The notes under the pieces: generated by a model
Database searches by the model: none
Seen by the model: the letters and a program-made list of their open reading frames with translations, nothing else
Told to the model about the DNA's origin: nothing
Shown: one piece after another, positions 1-12,354 of the stretch
Layout: each line of letters starts with the position of its first letter
How positions within the stretch are numbered: the stretch's first letter is position 1
Source of the DNA: Gekko japonicus
Lineage: Eukaryota
Assembly (NCBI RefSeq): GCF_001447785.1
Contig: NW_015168678.1
Span: 1-64,000, forward strand
Reading direction: 5' to 3'
DNA length: 64,000 nucleotides
Position numbers and translations under genes: made by a program

Positions 1-648
1 TTTCCTGGAGAAGTTGGCATAACAAAATGTACCCTTAATTGTGGAATGTTGAGGGTAAATAACTGAGACCCCGTTGTTATGCTCCATCTTGTCTCTTCTC
101 AAGCATGGAGGTAACTAGTAGCATTCTTTTCTGTAAGGTGGGGTGACTGGTTGTGCAGTGTTATGTCTCCTCTGTCATCAGACCAGAGAAATATATTCCA
201 ATCTACCATTCCAAATTACATTATATTGTACTATAGATTGCATTACATTACAATCACTATTCTAATCTACTATTCAAAATAAGAAATACAGTAAAAAATA
301 CAATAAAATAAGGAGGATGTATAGCCCTTCTTGGTGAGAATACAAATGTAAGGACTGGATGAGATTAGCATATGTAGTGAGAAAAATTTCCAATAGAATT
401 TTTTTTCAATTTGGCATAGCACTGAAGAAACACCCCCCTCACCTATGAAATATTGTCTGAGGAAAAACATCTTACAAAGCATGTCAGCAATTCCAAGTGT
501 ACAGAGTGAAAACTTCTGAAGATGTTTTTATTTTTTCCAACGGAAAAACGGACATTTTGGGGAACACAATATTTTCAAGATTTTGTTTAGATTTAAATCA
601 TTTCAGCAATATTTAATATGCTATGCATTTACTGACAATACATCATTA

Positions 649-1161
<513 letters not shown>

Positions 1162-2018
1162 TCAAGATCAACTAAAAATAAATGAAAAATAAAAAATTAG
1201 AAAAATAGATAAACCAAACACTGAATTAATGAGGCACAAGCTGTTCCTGATACAGCTCCAGAAATACTGCAGGGAGCGGACATAATATGTTCAGTTTGAG
1301 ATGCTACTTTCCCCAAGATACAGGGCACAGTACCCAAAAATGTAAAAATCATACACTCCCATTATAATGACATATTGTAGTGATACTTAAGAGAAACACT
1401 ATTAGAAAGGATTTCTCTTGTAATTATGAAATAATTCTCTGTCATACATCAATGACTAAGTGGATGCTAGTTTCTTAAGTTCATTAAATCACACTGACTT
1501 AATTTGATACTATTTATTTACATTTTTATCCTGGCCTTCCTCCAAGGAGCCCAGAGCAGCATATATTGTTCTCTCCTCAACTATTTCATTCTCACAAAAA
1601 TCCTGTTAAATAGATTGGACTGAGAGAGAGTAACAAGCTGGAGGAGATCAGGCAACTGAGATTCACGTCAGAGTGGGACCTCGATATGGGGCCTAACGAC
1701 TAGATACGGATTAACAAGGAATAGCAAACCATTAACACTCGGCGTTAGGAAAGCACTGGTGAAAGGACGTGTGCGCAAGGGCTAGGGGAGGGCGGTTAGG
1801 AGACAGAGAACGTTAAGAGCACATGGAAATTCCTTGAGAACATGAAGACGGCTATTAAAACAAAACCTACTTCCGTGGCCACACCGAAATTCTAAACGTG
1901 TTTACTCAAACGTAAACCCAGCTGACTCCATAAGACTCGCTCAAAACATAACTGCAGTGCTCGCCATAGGGCCAAACAGTCCCGCTGCCAGTAAAACCAC
2001 AGAAGAAACTCAAATTAC

Positions 2019-2110
2019 CTTTAAATAGAGTCAGAACTCCAGCAGCCTCTCTATAGAAAACCTCCTTTTCCGGCGAAGAAAATTAACGTCATCCGGAGGT
2101 CACTTTCCCT
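2019..2110 (-). other. WDR53: Putative non-coding first exon of WDR53 (5' boundary approximate)
   Basis: Minus-strand donor AAAG|GTAATT at 2019/2018 at the edge of the CpG island; no transcript data. Confidence 0.4.
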
Positions 2111-2583
2111 TCCCTCTCCACTCTATGCATGAACAGGTGCACTTTTGCGCATGTATTTAGAGAGGCACCCGGACAGGTCTGCCCTCGCTCAATATGGCTG
2201 GTTCGCCTTCAGGGCCTAGTTCCGCTGTCAAAAGAATTAGAAGTCAAGAACAATAGCCCTGAGAAGTGAGGGGTGTTCTCGGGAATCCCGTTTATTCTCA
2301 TCGCTGCCCCAGCCACGAAGCGAGGGCGAGAGGGAACGCTCCGCCCCATCTGGCGAGGCGGAGTACCGCGGATGACAGCATTCGTTTCCGCCCGCTCTTG
2401 CCGGCAAAGAAGGGAAATCGTCGAGCGCTTGGCGCTGCCCTTCTTTTCTAGCTGACGGCACCACCCGGGTCGTTGGTTGGCTGGTGGGCTGGCCCCACCT
2501 TTTGCCTTTGCCAGGGCCGGGGCGGTCAGTTCGGAAGGGGCGCGCACGCACGGACGGCGCAGGGTCGGTGGTCGCCTGAGGCG

Positions 2584-2844
2584 ATGGCGGCTGCCGGCGG
2601 CGGGGCGCTGGGTTCGGCGGCCGGGGCGGGGGGCTGGCGCCTTCCCGGCCGAGTGCTGGAATTCGTCTTCGCCTATCTCGACTTGCGCGAACTGCGGAGC
2701 TGCGCGCTGGTGTGTAAGATGTGGTACCGCGTCCTGCACGGCGACGAGAACAGCGAGGTGTGGCGCAGCCTGGCCGCCCGCAGCCTGGCCGAGGAAGCGC
2801 TGCGCACCGACATCCTCTGCAACGTGCCCACCTACAAGGGCAAG
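2584..2844 (+). CDS. FBXO45: F-box/SPRY domain protein 1, coding exon 1 (F-box)
   Basis: gcgATGG Kozak; [47 protein letters not shown]...PTYKGK; donor AAG|GTCAGG, phase 0. Confidence 0.95.
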
Positions 2845-3747
2845 GTCAGGCTGGGCGAGCGGACCCCTCTCTTCTCTCACACTCTCCGTTCCCGTCCTCT
2901 GCAGATGGGGCGGGGGGGGGGGGGGGGGGGGGGGCAACTGCTCGGCCGGACGAAAAGGCCCCTCTTCGCGGGCTTCATTTGGGGATGTACTAAAAGGAGT
3001 ACATCCCCTTCATTTGTGCTGGGGCTGTTTGCGCGCTGTACGCCCTTTGGTTTAAATCTAGAGGGCTGAAATAATTCAGGAGGGATGAGAGAGGCGGTTC
3101 TTCACAGGCTTGAAGGCACTGATCGTGTTTTATTGCACATCCTGCATCTCTTTCTTGGTTACCCCGTGTGCACTCATAAACATTCTGTGGCGCCTTAAAG
3201 AGTAACATTTCTTTCAGCATGAGCTTTCATGAAGTGAGCTAGCAAAAGCTCATATTGAAATAAGTGTTGCTGGTCTTTAAGGTGCCACTGGATATTTGTT
3301 TTATTTTGCTATGACATATTAACACAGCTGCCTCTTTGTAACCACTGTGCAGTGTGTGTATGTGTACCCCCAGCCCACCTTCTAGCTGTGACCCCAAATA
3401 CCTTATGTTTTGGGGACTGTGATGTTCAGCTTAGATTTTCAGCCACTCTGTTATTGTAACAAATAAAGACTGATTGATTGATTACGCTCAGGTGGATGTA
3501 CTATTAACTGACGCACTGTCCTGAATGCTGGGCAGAGGTGTCACATCAGGTATTCATATTCATTCGCCTACTTAAAACTTTCATTAGCCACTGCTCAGGG
3601 CGGCTTACAACATAAATACAATATAAATACATTTAAAAAGCCAAAATTTAAAAATCACAGTTCAGGACTGCTAGTAAACTTAACCAAATGCAGTACTAAA
3701 TAAAACCATCTTCACCTGTCTCCTGAAAATTGAAAGTGAGGTGGCCA

Positions 3748-3962
3748 GCCCTGACCTGGATAGCCCAGGCAAGCCTGATCTTGTCAGATCTCAGATGCTA
3801 AGTAGAGTCAACTCAGGCAAGTACTTGGATGGGAGACCTCCTTGGAATACCAGAGGTGGGAGGTGGGGACAGGCTCTATTCAGCCACCTCTCTGAATATC
3901 CTCCAAACCCCCAGTAGGGGTCAGTCACCAGAGGTCACCATGACTTCCAGGTGCACACACAT
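3748..3962 (+). mobile_element. 5S rRNA-derived SINE
   Basis: GCCTGATCTTGTCAGATCTCAGATGCTAAG...AGTACTTGGATGGGAGACC resembles the 5S internal control region; tail GGTCACCATGACTT..GCACACAC. Confidence 0.8.
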
Positions 3963-4752
3963 GTACATATTAAAAATGCCAAAAAGAAAGAGAGATGGCC
4001 AGGTACACCTCCCTGGGGAGGTTGTTCTCTCTTGTGTTCCCACCAAATGAGCTTCTCTGATTGATGGGACAGTCAGGAGGGCCTTTCCCTCTGATTTTAA
4101 GAGGGAAGATGGTCATTCAATTACCCCAGTTCCAAGCTGTGTAATCAGAGAAGCCTCCATCCAGAAATACTGAAAAGGCTTTTTAGAGGCTACCTCTTGT
4201 GATGGGAAGTCTGGTGGGAAGGTCCTCTTGGCATAGTGGCAGTAATTGGAGTTGCTACAAAGCGTTTCTACAAGGCTTTAGCAGGGCTGTGTTCTCTTAT
4301 GCTGAGTCCGGTGTCAATCATAGTCCTGTCCTAACGAGGTGGAATTGTAGCATTCGTTTTTTTCTTAGAAGCGGACAGTGAATGCTCTTGTTACAGGAGT
4401 TGGATTTTTTTCATAGTTCCTAAGAACAACTGGATGTGGTTATGATGGATTTTTAGTTAGTACTTTCTTAGCCTGCCAAATTACAAGCATCACACACCAA
4501 TCTCTGTGATTATGTGTTTGTAAAAGTGTTTGCATCTGTTAGACCAAAAATGCTAACACATGCATGCTGCAGACACCACATAGACTGTTTTCACTGGCAA
4601 TAAATATTGGAACAATTTGTGTAATCACACTGTGCTTCTACTGAAATTTGTTTCTCAATCTGAGTTCTTTGCATATTTAGATGATTTATATCTTCTTTTG
4701 TTCCTAAAGTCTCCTGCCTTTAGTTATTTTATTGTGGTGGTACTTGTTGGTA

Positions 4753-5100
4753 AAGGTAAAGGTTCCCTTGCTCGAAAGCCAGTCGAATCCGACTCTAGGG
4801 TTGCGGTGCTCATCTCCGTTTCAAAGCCGAAGAGCCAGCGCTGTCCGAAGACGTTTCCGTGGTCATGTAGCCGGCATGACTAAACACCAAGGCGCATGGA
4901 ACGCTGTTACCTTCCCACTGAAGTGGTCCCTATTTATCTACTTGCAATTTCTTGCTTTCGAACTGCTAGGTTGGCAGGAGCTGGAACTAGAGACGGGAGC
5001 TCACTCCGTCATGCGGCACGCTCGGGTCTCGAACTGCTGAACTACTGACCTTCCACAGCCTGTAGTTCAGCGTCTTAACCACTTGAGCCACCGCAGCTCC
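4753..5100 (-). mobile_element. Sauria SINE (Squam1), full length
   Basis: tRNA-like head GGAGCTGCGGTGGCTCAAGTGGTTAAG, (ACCTTT)n tail; TSD CTTGTTGGTA at 4743-4752 and 5100-5109. Confidence 0.9.
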
Positions 5101-5189
5101 TTGTTGGTACTGGCACCCAAAAAAACTTGCTCAATTAGGTTAGGAGCTGATGAAATGTAAAGTCTGAAGATTAAAAAAAAACATTAATT

Positions 5190-5399
5190 GTGTGTTTGTG
5201 TGTGAAGTGCCATCAAGTCGCAGCTGACTTATGGCGACCCCCAGCAAGGGGCTCTCAAGGCAAGTGAGAAGGAGAGGTGGTTTGCTATTGTTTTCCTCTG
5301 CAGAGTCTTCCTTTGTGGTCTCCCTTCCAAGTACTGGCCCTGCTTAGCTTCCAAGATCTGATAAGATCGGGCTACATACACCATGCTGCCTTCCCTCCC
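5190..5399 (-). mobile_element. 5S rRNA-derived SINE with RTE-like tail
   Basis: Reverse strand GCCCGATCTTATCAGATCTTGGAAGCTAAGCAGGG..AGTACTTGGAAGGGAGACC; tail GGGTCGCCATAAGTCAGCTGCGACTTGATGGCAC(ACAC)n. Confidence 0.8.
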
Positions 5400-5534
5400 A
5401 AACCATTAACTAGACTATAAAATTTTCTCTTTTATAGTAGTGAGTGAATTTAAGCATTTGCAGCCTCCTAGCTTGACAAGTTCCATCCCAAACCTTTTTC
5501 TGTCTCCTTTTTTAAAAAAACACCTCTCTTTTAG

Positions 5535-5891
5535 GTGCGCGCCTTTCAGCATGCTTTCAGCACCAATGATTGCTCTAGGAATGTCTACATTAAGAAGAAT
5601 GGATTTACTTTGCACAGGAATCCCATTGCTCAGAGTACAGATGGAGCAAGGACCAAGATTGGCTTCAGTGAAGGCCGGCATGCCTGGGAAGTCTGGTGGG
5701 AAGGTCCTCTTGGCACAGTGGCAGTAATTGGAATTGCTACAAAGCGAGCCCCCATGCAGTGTCAGGGCTACGTGGCACTCCTGGGCAGTGATGATCAGAG
5801 CTGGGGCTGGAATCTGGTGGACAATAACTTGTTACATAATGGAGAAGTCAATGGCAGCTTTCCCCAGTGCAACAATGCTCCAAAGTATCAA
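5535..5891 (+). CDS. FBXO45: FBXO45 coding exon 2 (SPRY domain)
   Basis: ttttAG|GTG CGC GCC; [39 protein letters not shown]...NNAPKYQ; donor CAA|GTGAGT; 357 nt, phase 0. Confidence 0.97.
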
Positions 5892-6589
5892 GTGAGTGAA
5901 ACTTAGTGTAGTCTTAAACCTCTGTAGGGCATGTGAATTTTCTGGAAGAATGTATATCTTGTGCATTGCAGGTATCTTTGTTTTCTTCCTTTTGTGAACA
6001 ATTGGTAATGAAAAGCATAACTGCAAACTGTTTTCTTGTCTTGTCATAAGACAATTACACAGGTAGACAGGGTTTTTTTCTTTGATGATGTACATTTTTG
6101 AGGTTGCACCTGACTGTATTCCCTTTCGAACAAATAAGGAGCATCTGGCTCCTTTGACACAGCAGTAATAAAATCATCTATTATTGGTCATGCCTTTCCT
6201 ACATTTAATGTCAGAAAAAGTTGGGTGCACACGTGCCAGTATACACTCTGTACAGTAAAATGAAGTTAGTTTGTTTTTAATGGTGTCACATACATGCCCT
6301 GTAGATTGTCCACTAGAGTGCAGTTATTTATTTATTATTTTAGATTTATATCCTGCCTTGCCTGCGCATGTGGGCTCAAGGCGGCGTACACAGTTAGGTT
6401 TATATATATAATGGCCACCATGTATTTTATTTATTTATTTGAAGATTAAAAGAAACCATTAATTGTGTGTGTGTGAAGTGCTGTCAAATCACAACTGACT
6501 TATGGTGACCCCAGCAAGGGGCTTTCAAGGCTAGTGAGAAGCAGTGTGTGTGTGTGTAGCCACCATGTGTTTTATTTATTTATCTGAGA

Positions 6590-6710
6590 CACAGTTTGGT
6601 GTAGTGGTTAAGAGCAGCGGACTCTACTCTGGAGAACCAGGTTCAATTCCCCACTCCCCCATTTGAACCTAGCTAGGTGACCTTAGGCAAGTCACAGCAC
6701 TCTCAGCCTA
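6590..6710 (+). mobile_element. tRNA-derived SINE 5' fragment (Squam3/MIR-like)
   Basis: A box TGGTGTAGTGGTT, B box GGTTCAATTCC, related to 12113 copy. Confidence 0.65.
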
Positions 6711-7288
6711 AAAATATGCATAGCTCACCACCTAGTGGTGTCAAAAAAGAGCTACAGCTTTGGCAACCAAACCCTCTGGGATCTCCTGGCTATTCCACAC
6801 ACAATGTCATACGATTTATTTATTTATTTAGGTAATTTTTATGCCACATGCTCAGAGCCCTGCTGAATGCTGCTTCCAAATTAATACCAATATACAAACA
6901 AACAGGCTATAACAATAAACCAACATTACAACATAAAACTATCTGTTAAAATGGACTTCAGACCAGAAGCAGATCATAAAACAGGTGGGAACATAAAACC
7001 CCTAATTAACAGCCTGGATAAAAATAAATGTTTTGACCTGGCACCTAAAAGACAGCAAGTTAGGCACCAGTTGATCTTCAAGAGGGAGGACATTCCAAAG
7101 GCAAAATGCCACCACATAAAATGCCCTGATTATAGTCACTACTCACCTTACCTCTGAGGGCAGGGGCATATGGAACAGCCCTTGGGAGGCAGATTAATGT
7201 TTATATATACACACTTACTGTCAAACAACATTACCTTCCCATATAAACCCACTGTTTTTTCTATCCCTAACCGGAGGGGAGGGAAAGA

Positions 7289-7299
7289 NNNNNNNNNNN
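7289..7299. other. Assembly gap (11 N)
   Basis: Run of n in FBXO45 intron 2. Confidence 0.99.
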
Positions 7300-7745
7300 G
7301 GAGTGAAAGAGAGAAAAAAATATTCATGAAATAAACACTAGGGGGATGAACTTCATCCAGATATTCCACAACATTAAAACAAAGACATTTTCTGATTATA
7401 CAATATTGTTAAATGAGTGTTAGGCATAGGCTTACTTTCTTTACCAAGTTGGTTGTCAAAATGGTTCTCTCAATATTAATATGAATGTTATTTCTTAATT
7501 CTTTGGTAATATAGGTTCTTTCATCATTGCCCTGTAGGGCATCATGATAACTATACATTGGTGGTGTTCCATTCAAATTAAGGCAATATAGCCATTTAGA
7601 GCCTGCTGCATGACAATTTGAAGACTGAATCTTAGAAGTAGAAGAGTTCTTCTAGGTACTTACTTGTGCATTCTCCTCATGTGCTGTTATGTCTCATATC
7701 TGCCTTGTTCTTTGACCCCCCCCCCCCATCTTTTCTGTTTTACAG

Positions 7746-7931
7746 ATAGGTGAAAGAATTCGTGTCATCTTAGACATGGAAGATAAGACACTCGCTTTTG
7801 AGCGAGGCTATGAGTTCCTAGGAGTTGCATTCCGAGGACTGCCAAAGACTTGTCTATATCCAGCAGTATCTGCTGTGTATGGCAACACTGAGGTGACGTT
7901 AGTTTACCTGGGGAAGCCTTTAGATGGATGA
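7746..7931 (+). CDS. FBXO45: FBXO45 coding exon 3 (not in ORF track)
   Basis: tttacAG|ATA GGT GAA; [61 protein letters not shown]; total protein 267 aa. Confidence 0.96.
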   Translation: MGERIRVILDMEDKTLAFERGYEFLGVAFRGLPKTCLYPAVSAVYGNTEVTLVYLGKPLDG

Positions 7932-10709
7932 CATTGTTTTTTACCGGGACTTGAAGATCAAATTAATAATGTGGAGAAAGCTGCATGTAGGTTAAACGGC
8001 AAGCATGGGCAAAATATGTGGACATGTCCAAGAAACATCCACGAAAACCAAGACACTTGATTTGGAAGACCAAGTGTACTGCAGAAATTGCTTTGTTTCC
8101 TTTTTCCGATGGACCAGAAAAATCCTCAGGGTTTGCTGTTGGTTGAATGGGCAGTTAACTCCATGCATGTTGCATAAGATTTTGTTGCAGAAGTGGCAAT
8201 GTGAAATCCTGTACATATGCAAGGAAACATTAAATAGAAGAGGTTGAGGAAGTTGTCTGAGACTTGTAGGTAGTGTGTTTTGTGAAAAGCCTCCCTTTTA
8301 AAATCCTTCCCACCTGTCAGCCAGTGTTTTTACCAAAGGTAATTGAGACTGGTTGGGTTGTATTTAATGTATTTTAAATGTACTGAGAAGCATGGTCTCT
8401 GGACTGCACTTCTCCAGAGCAAAACATTGTGCAGCTATATTGAAGTGTGTTTTAAAGACTGAATGTACAGAACATGTTAAAATTCAGAACAAAACAGAAT
8501 GTTGGTTTTGTTTTAAGTTGGATGTAACTTTTTACATGGAAAAACCACTACATATCAGTTGTCAGTTATGGTCCTAAAGTTGGACAATATGTATGCCAGC
8601 GCACTTCTTTTGTTTTGCTATAGAGCATCTCTTGTGGAAAAAGAAGTTACATATGCTTATTGCAAAATGGCTGCGAATAGTGTTTGTATGGGGAGGGGAG
8701 CCCATTTCTAGTATGAATGTTTTTGTTTTGCTGAAGTTGGGTTGTGTTTTGCAAATGACAATAAGGGTTTACATTCCTCTTCTGAAATAAATGACTTGAC
8801 ATTGCAAACTGTGAGCATTCTCCACCGTACTGATGTTCAGCATCTTCATAACTGTATGGTGGATATGCAGAGGCAGTGTTGGGTGGATTGCGCCTTTCTG
8901 AAGGTATGCTGCAGTACCCACAGCCATTCATTTTGGTTTGTAAACAAACTTGCTTTCTTGAAATAGATATCAAGCCTTGCATATTAAACTAATTATTTTT
9001 AAAATTAGGCTTTTAAAGTACTATAAAAATGGTGCTTAAAATTTCCTACAAATGTGGTTTTAAAATATCTAAAGTTTAAATACTTTGACTCTTAACTGCA
9101 AATCAGATTGATATCTGGCATTCACAACTCATATGCAAGTTCTGCCCATTCGTGGTTAGGACTAGCAAAGTCACTTGGCTGTAGCTTACTGTGGAGACCA
9201 AGAAGGGGTTTGGCAAAAGAAATGATTGTGTGTTCAACAGAAACACAAGATAATGGCACAATTGGCCAAGACAATCCCCTCCTCACCCCCAATGTTTTAT
9301 AGCTTTGCCTTTCTTGGAAAGAGTACAACATTCGTGTATAACCTGCAAAGTTCGTATGTTTTAACTTTGTAAGTCCTCAGTCCAAACCTTGGTACTAAAT
9401 ATTATTTGCCATACTTCATAGGGCTATTTATTTTAAGTATAAGTGATAAAATATTTTGGGAGGAAACAAGACATTGTTTACATACTTTGTTATATTATCT
9501 GAGTCAAACATTCTTGAAGATATCAAAGGGTTTGTTAGGTGTGCAGAGGAGGACTACTTCTCTTGGATACTAATTCTTGTTTTAACCAGGGAGAGTGGTA
9601 CATACAGCTGGCTGGATTCTGTGAGTGCTGCTGAATGCCTAGGTGTGCATTTTTAATAATAAACTCTTTATCTTACAGGAAAAAAGGATTCTATTGCTGC
9701 ATGAAAAGTTTAAAATGGTAATTCATAACCTAATATCATTGGTAGTGCCACTAAATCCCAGCATAGTAGCTCCAGTGATCATGCTGTGATATCTCTGGCA
9801 AATCTAGTTTAGTTGGTCTGTGCTTAAGTCCTCTTGTCATAATGTCCTGCCATCCAAATACATCTGGCTGTTCACAAAGTGCTGCTGCAGTCTCAGAGGA
9901 CAGTCATGCTAAAGTTCTTGGTTTTGGACTGCAAATCATCTGTTTACCAGTGGCCTGGGAGGGGTGGTAGCATCAAGTGCTAGGCAGAAAGAGGCTGCTC
10001 AAAATATTGGGGGACGGCAGCAAAAAAGAGGATTCAGGAGAAGAAATGCTCTTATGCAGTGAGAGCTTCATAGTTTGCGTGCTCTCAATGGTTCAGTCTT
10101 TACTCTTTCCACACCTTCTGCTCCCTCTCTGTTCAGGCACAGAATCATCCCATGGTGGGGGTGGTGCATATGTGACTATTTTTTGTTTGTTCTATGTCTA
10201 GTATGTCACTCTTTTAACAGGACTTCATACTTGGTCTGTTTCTAAAATGCAAAACTATTCAAATAAATTCTCCCTATATACATGGTACTGGAAACAGCTG
10301 AGTGCAGTGGTGAAAGTGTTCAACTTTTTCCATTAAAAAAATCTTGGGATCATTGACTATATACTATGCTACAAAATATAGCACTACAACCAGATCCTGT
10401 GGCATGAACTAAAATAAAAGGGGAAAAAGCTTCTGTTCGATTAATATGATCTGCCAGTGTATACTTGAATAGCTTGCCCTGTGTGCTTATTTATACATTC
10501 CAAGTAAAGAGTAGTAGTCCTAAGAACTGTGCCAGGGACGTCTTGTTGGTTGGATTTGACTTCCATTGGTATAGGATACCTTGCTGCCTTTTCCTGTATA
10601 CTTTGCATAGCATTCCGTTTTTTGCCAATTGCTCCATAATTCCTTGGGGTGTATATAAATCTCTTAAATTATTACCTGAAAATCAATTGCAAGCTGTAGA
10701 AAATATTGA

Positions 10710-10715
10710 AATAAA
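10710..10715 (+). terminator. Candidate distal FBXO45 polyadenylation signal
   Basis: AATAAA followed by a GT-rich tract at the end of a ~2.8 kb stretch with no recognisable repeats; other AATAAA at ~8785, ~9657, ~10262. Confidence 0.45.
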
Positions 10716-11325
10716 TTGTTAAAATATGGAAATACTAATGCGTGACATTGTTATTGCAGTTAATTGTGTGAATGGAGTCTGTGTTAGAAATATTAATCCA
10801 GAAATTCAATCCGCACCCAGCCTGGGGTCATAGTTTATCCCCAAGTAGAGACATGTATCACATATATACTTTATAATGAGAACTGGGGTGCTGGCCCTGG
10901 CTTTCATTTTAGGTTGTATATCTGATTGAGGAAGGTGCATGAGGTCAAGGCTTTTTGCCTGGGCTGAGTGTGAACATGTTCTGCTTCTGGTTTTGTCATG
11001 TAAATCACAGTGCGAGGGTATAGTGACAGAAATGAAGTTGTAATTATTTACCACTAGGTTTCTTGAGGTTGGGACTTCTCTCCCATTGTTGTAAGGCATT
11101 AAGAGTACTATGCAGCCACAGTGTCTCCTTCTACTTCTCTTGCTCTCACCTCCCCAGCCTACTACAGCAAATGGGGTGTGGAGTGGATGGAGGGACTAGA
11201 GGGGAACAAGTCAGCAGGTGTGGAGGCTATGTAGTCTCCTTCTGCCTTGGGACACTTAAGACTGCAGCCCTAGGAACACATGGGAGTAGCACTGATTCAG
11301 TGGGACTTATTTCCAGCTAAATATG

Positions 11326-11712
11326 CAGAGGTCATTTCGGGGGGGTCGTGGGGGATCGCAGTTCCCCCGGGTGAGGTATGGGGGCGGGGCACATGACGAA
11401 GCCCCGCCCCCTGCTTCCGGCCGCCCCGCTTCCGGCCCTCATTCAGCCAGGAGGAGGCAGGAGAAGAGGGAGGGTAAGTTGCTTCCTCCCTGCCTCTCCC
11501 CACCCCTGCCTGCCTGGGGCCAGGGAGGACCTTCGCGGGGCTTCCTTGCACTACTGCCGGCCTTGCAGGTCCACCGCCGGGGGCGGCCGGGACCGTTGGG
11601 GGTGGGGTGTGTGGCCTTATGACACACTTCCGGTGATGTCAGGGGGTGTGGCATATGCTAATGAGTTATGCTAATGAGTTCCCCTTGCTCTTTTTCTACA
11701 AAACGACCCCTG
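11326..11712. mobile_element. hAT-type MITE, GC-rich
   Basis: Imperfect TIRs CAGAGGTCATTT / CAGGGGTCGTTT; perfect 8-bp TSD TAAATATG (11318-11325, 11713-11720). Confidence 0.85.
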
Positions 11713-12112
11713 TAAATATGCATAGGACTTGGCTGCACGAGAGCTACCAGGATCTCTGGGCAAAAAACTGACAACCACAGTTTGTTCTGTCCTCCATTTA
11801 TAAGTGATACTGCTTACCAAGTTACCAGGATTATCTGCTTACAGTAACAAGCAGAAGCATATATGTTGCATTATGTTGCACATTAAAAACACTTCTAAGC
11901 TTTGCCTTTCGATCAAAAAGGAACCTAAAGTGGTTCACATGTTGGTGGATATGACAGCTGGAAAACTGTAGTTAGTGTAGCCCCTTTCTCTAGTTGAATA
12001 AAAGAGGGGTTCAGTGGCACCTTAGAGACTAACAGAATTTTATTCCAGCATAAGCTTTTCCTGGGCCAGGGTTTACTTTTTCATACACATGAAGATGAAT
12101 TCTCACAAGGTC

Positions 12113-12354
12113 AGCCAGTTTGGTGTAGTGGTTAAGTGTGCGGACTCTATTCTGGGAGAACCAGGTTTGATTCCCCACTCCTCCACTTGCAGCTGCTGGA
12201 AGAGCTGTCCTTGAAAGGGCAGTTCTTGAAAGAGCTCTCTCAGCCCCACCTACCTCACAGGGTGTCTGTTGTGGGGAGGGGGAGGGAAAGGAGTCTGTAA
12301 GCTGCTCTGAGACTCCGAGTGAAGGGTGGGGTATAAATCCAATCTCCTCCTCCT
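12113..12354 (+). mobile_element. Squam3-like tRNA-derived SINE
   Basis: AGCCAGTTTGGTGTAGTGGTTAAGTGTGCGGACTC..GGTTTGATTCCCCACTCCTCCAC; CACCTCACAGGGTGTCTGTTGTGGGG core; (TCC)n tail. Confidence 0.8.

Larger units (their letters stand above)
1680..3050. promoter_or_regulatory. CpG island / bidirectional promoter of WDR53 and FBXO45
   Basis: High GC and CpG density against an AT-rich background; CRE half-site ACGTCA ~2086, NRF1-like TGCGCATG ~2146, YY1-like ATATGGC ~2192, GC boxes. Confidence 0.8.

Noticed and set aside
2209-3069. Long overlapping ORFs (242 aa minus, 192 aa plus) and the N/C extensions of the 198 aa ORF
   Set aside because: By-products of the GC-rich CpG island and G-run; only 2584-2844 fits FBXO45 with a proper splice donor
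3770-3855. 5S rRNA gene
   Set aside because: Lacks the 5S 5' end, is diverged and is fused to a SINE body and tail
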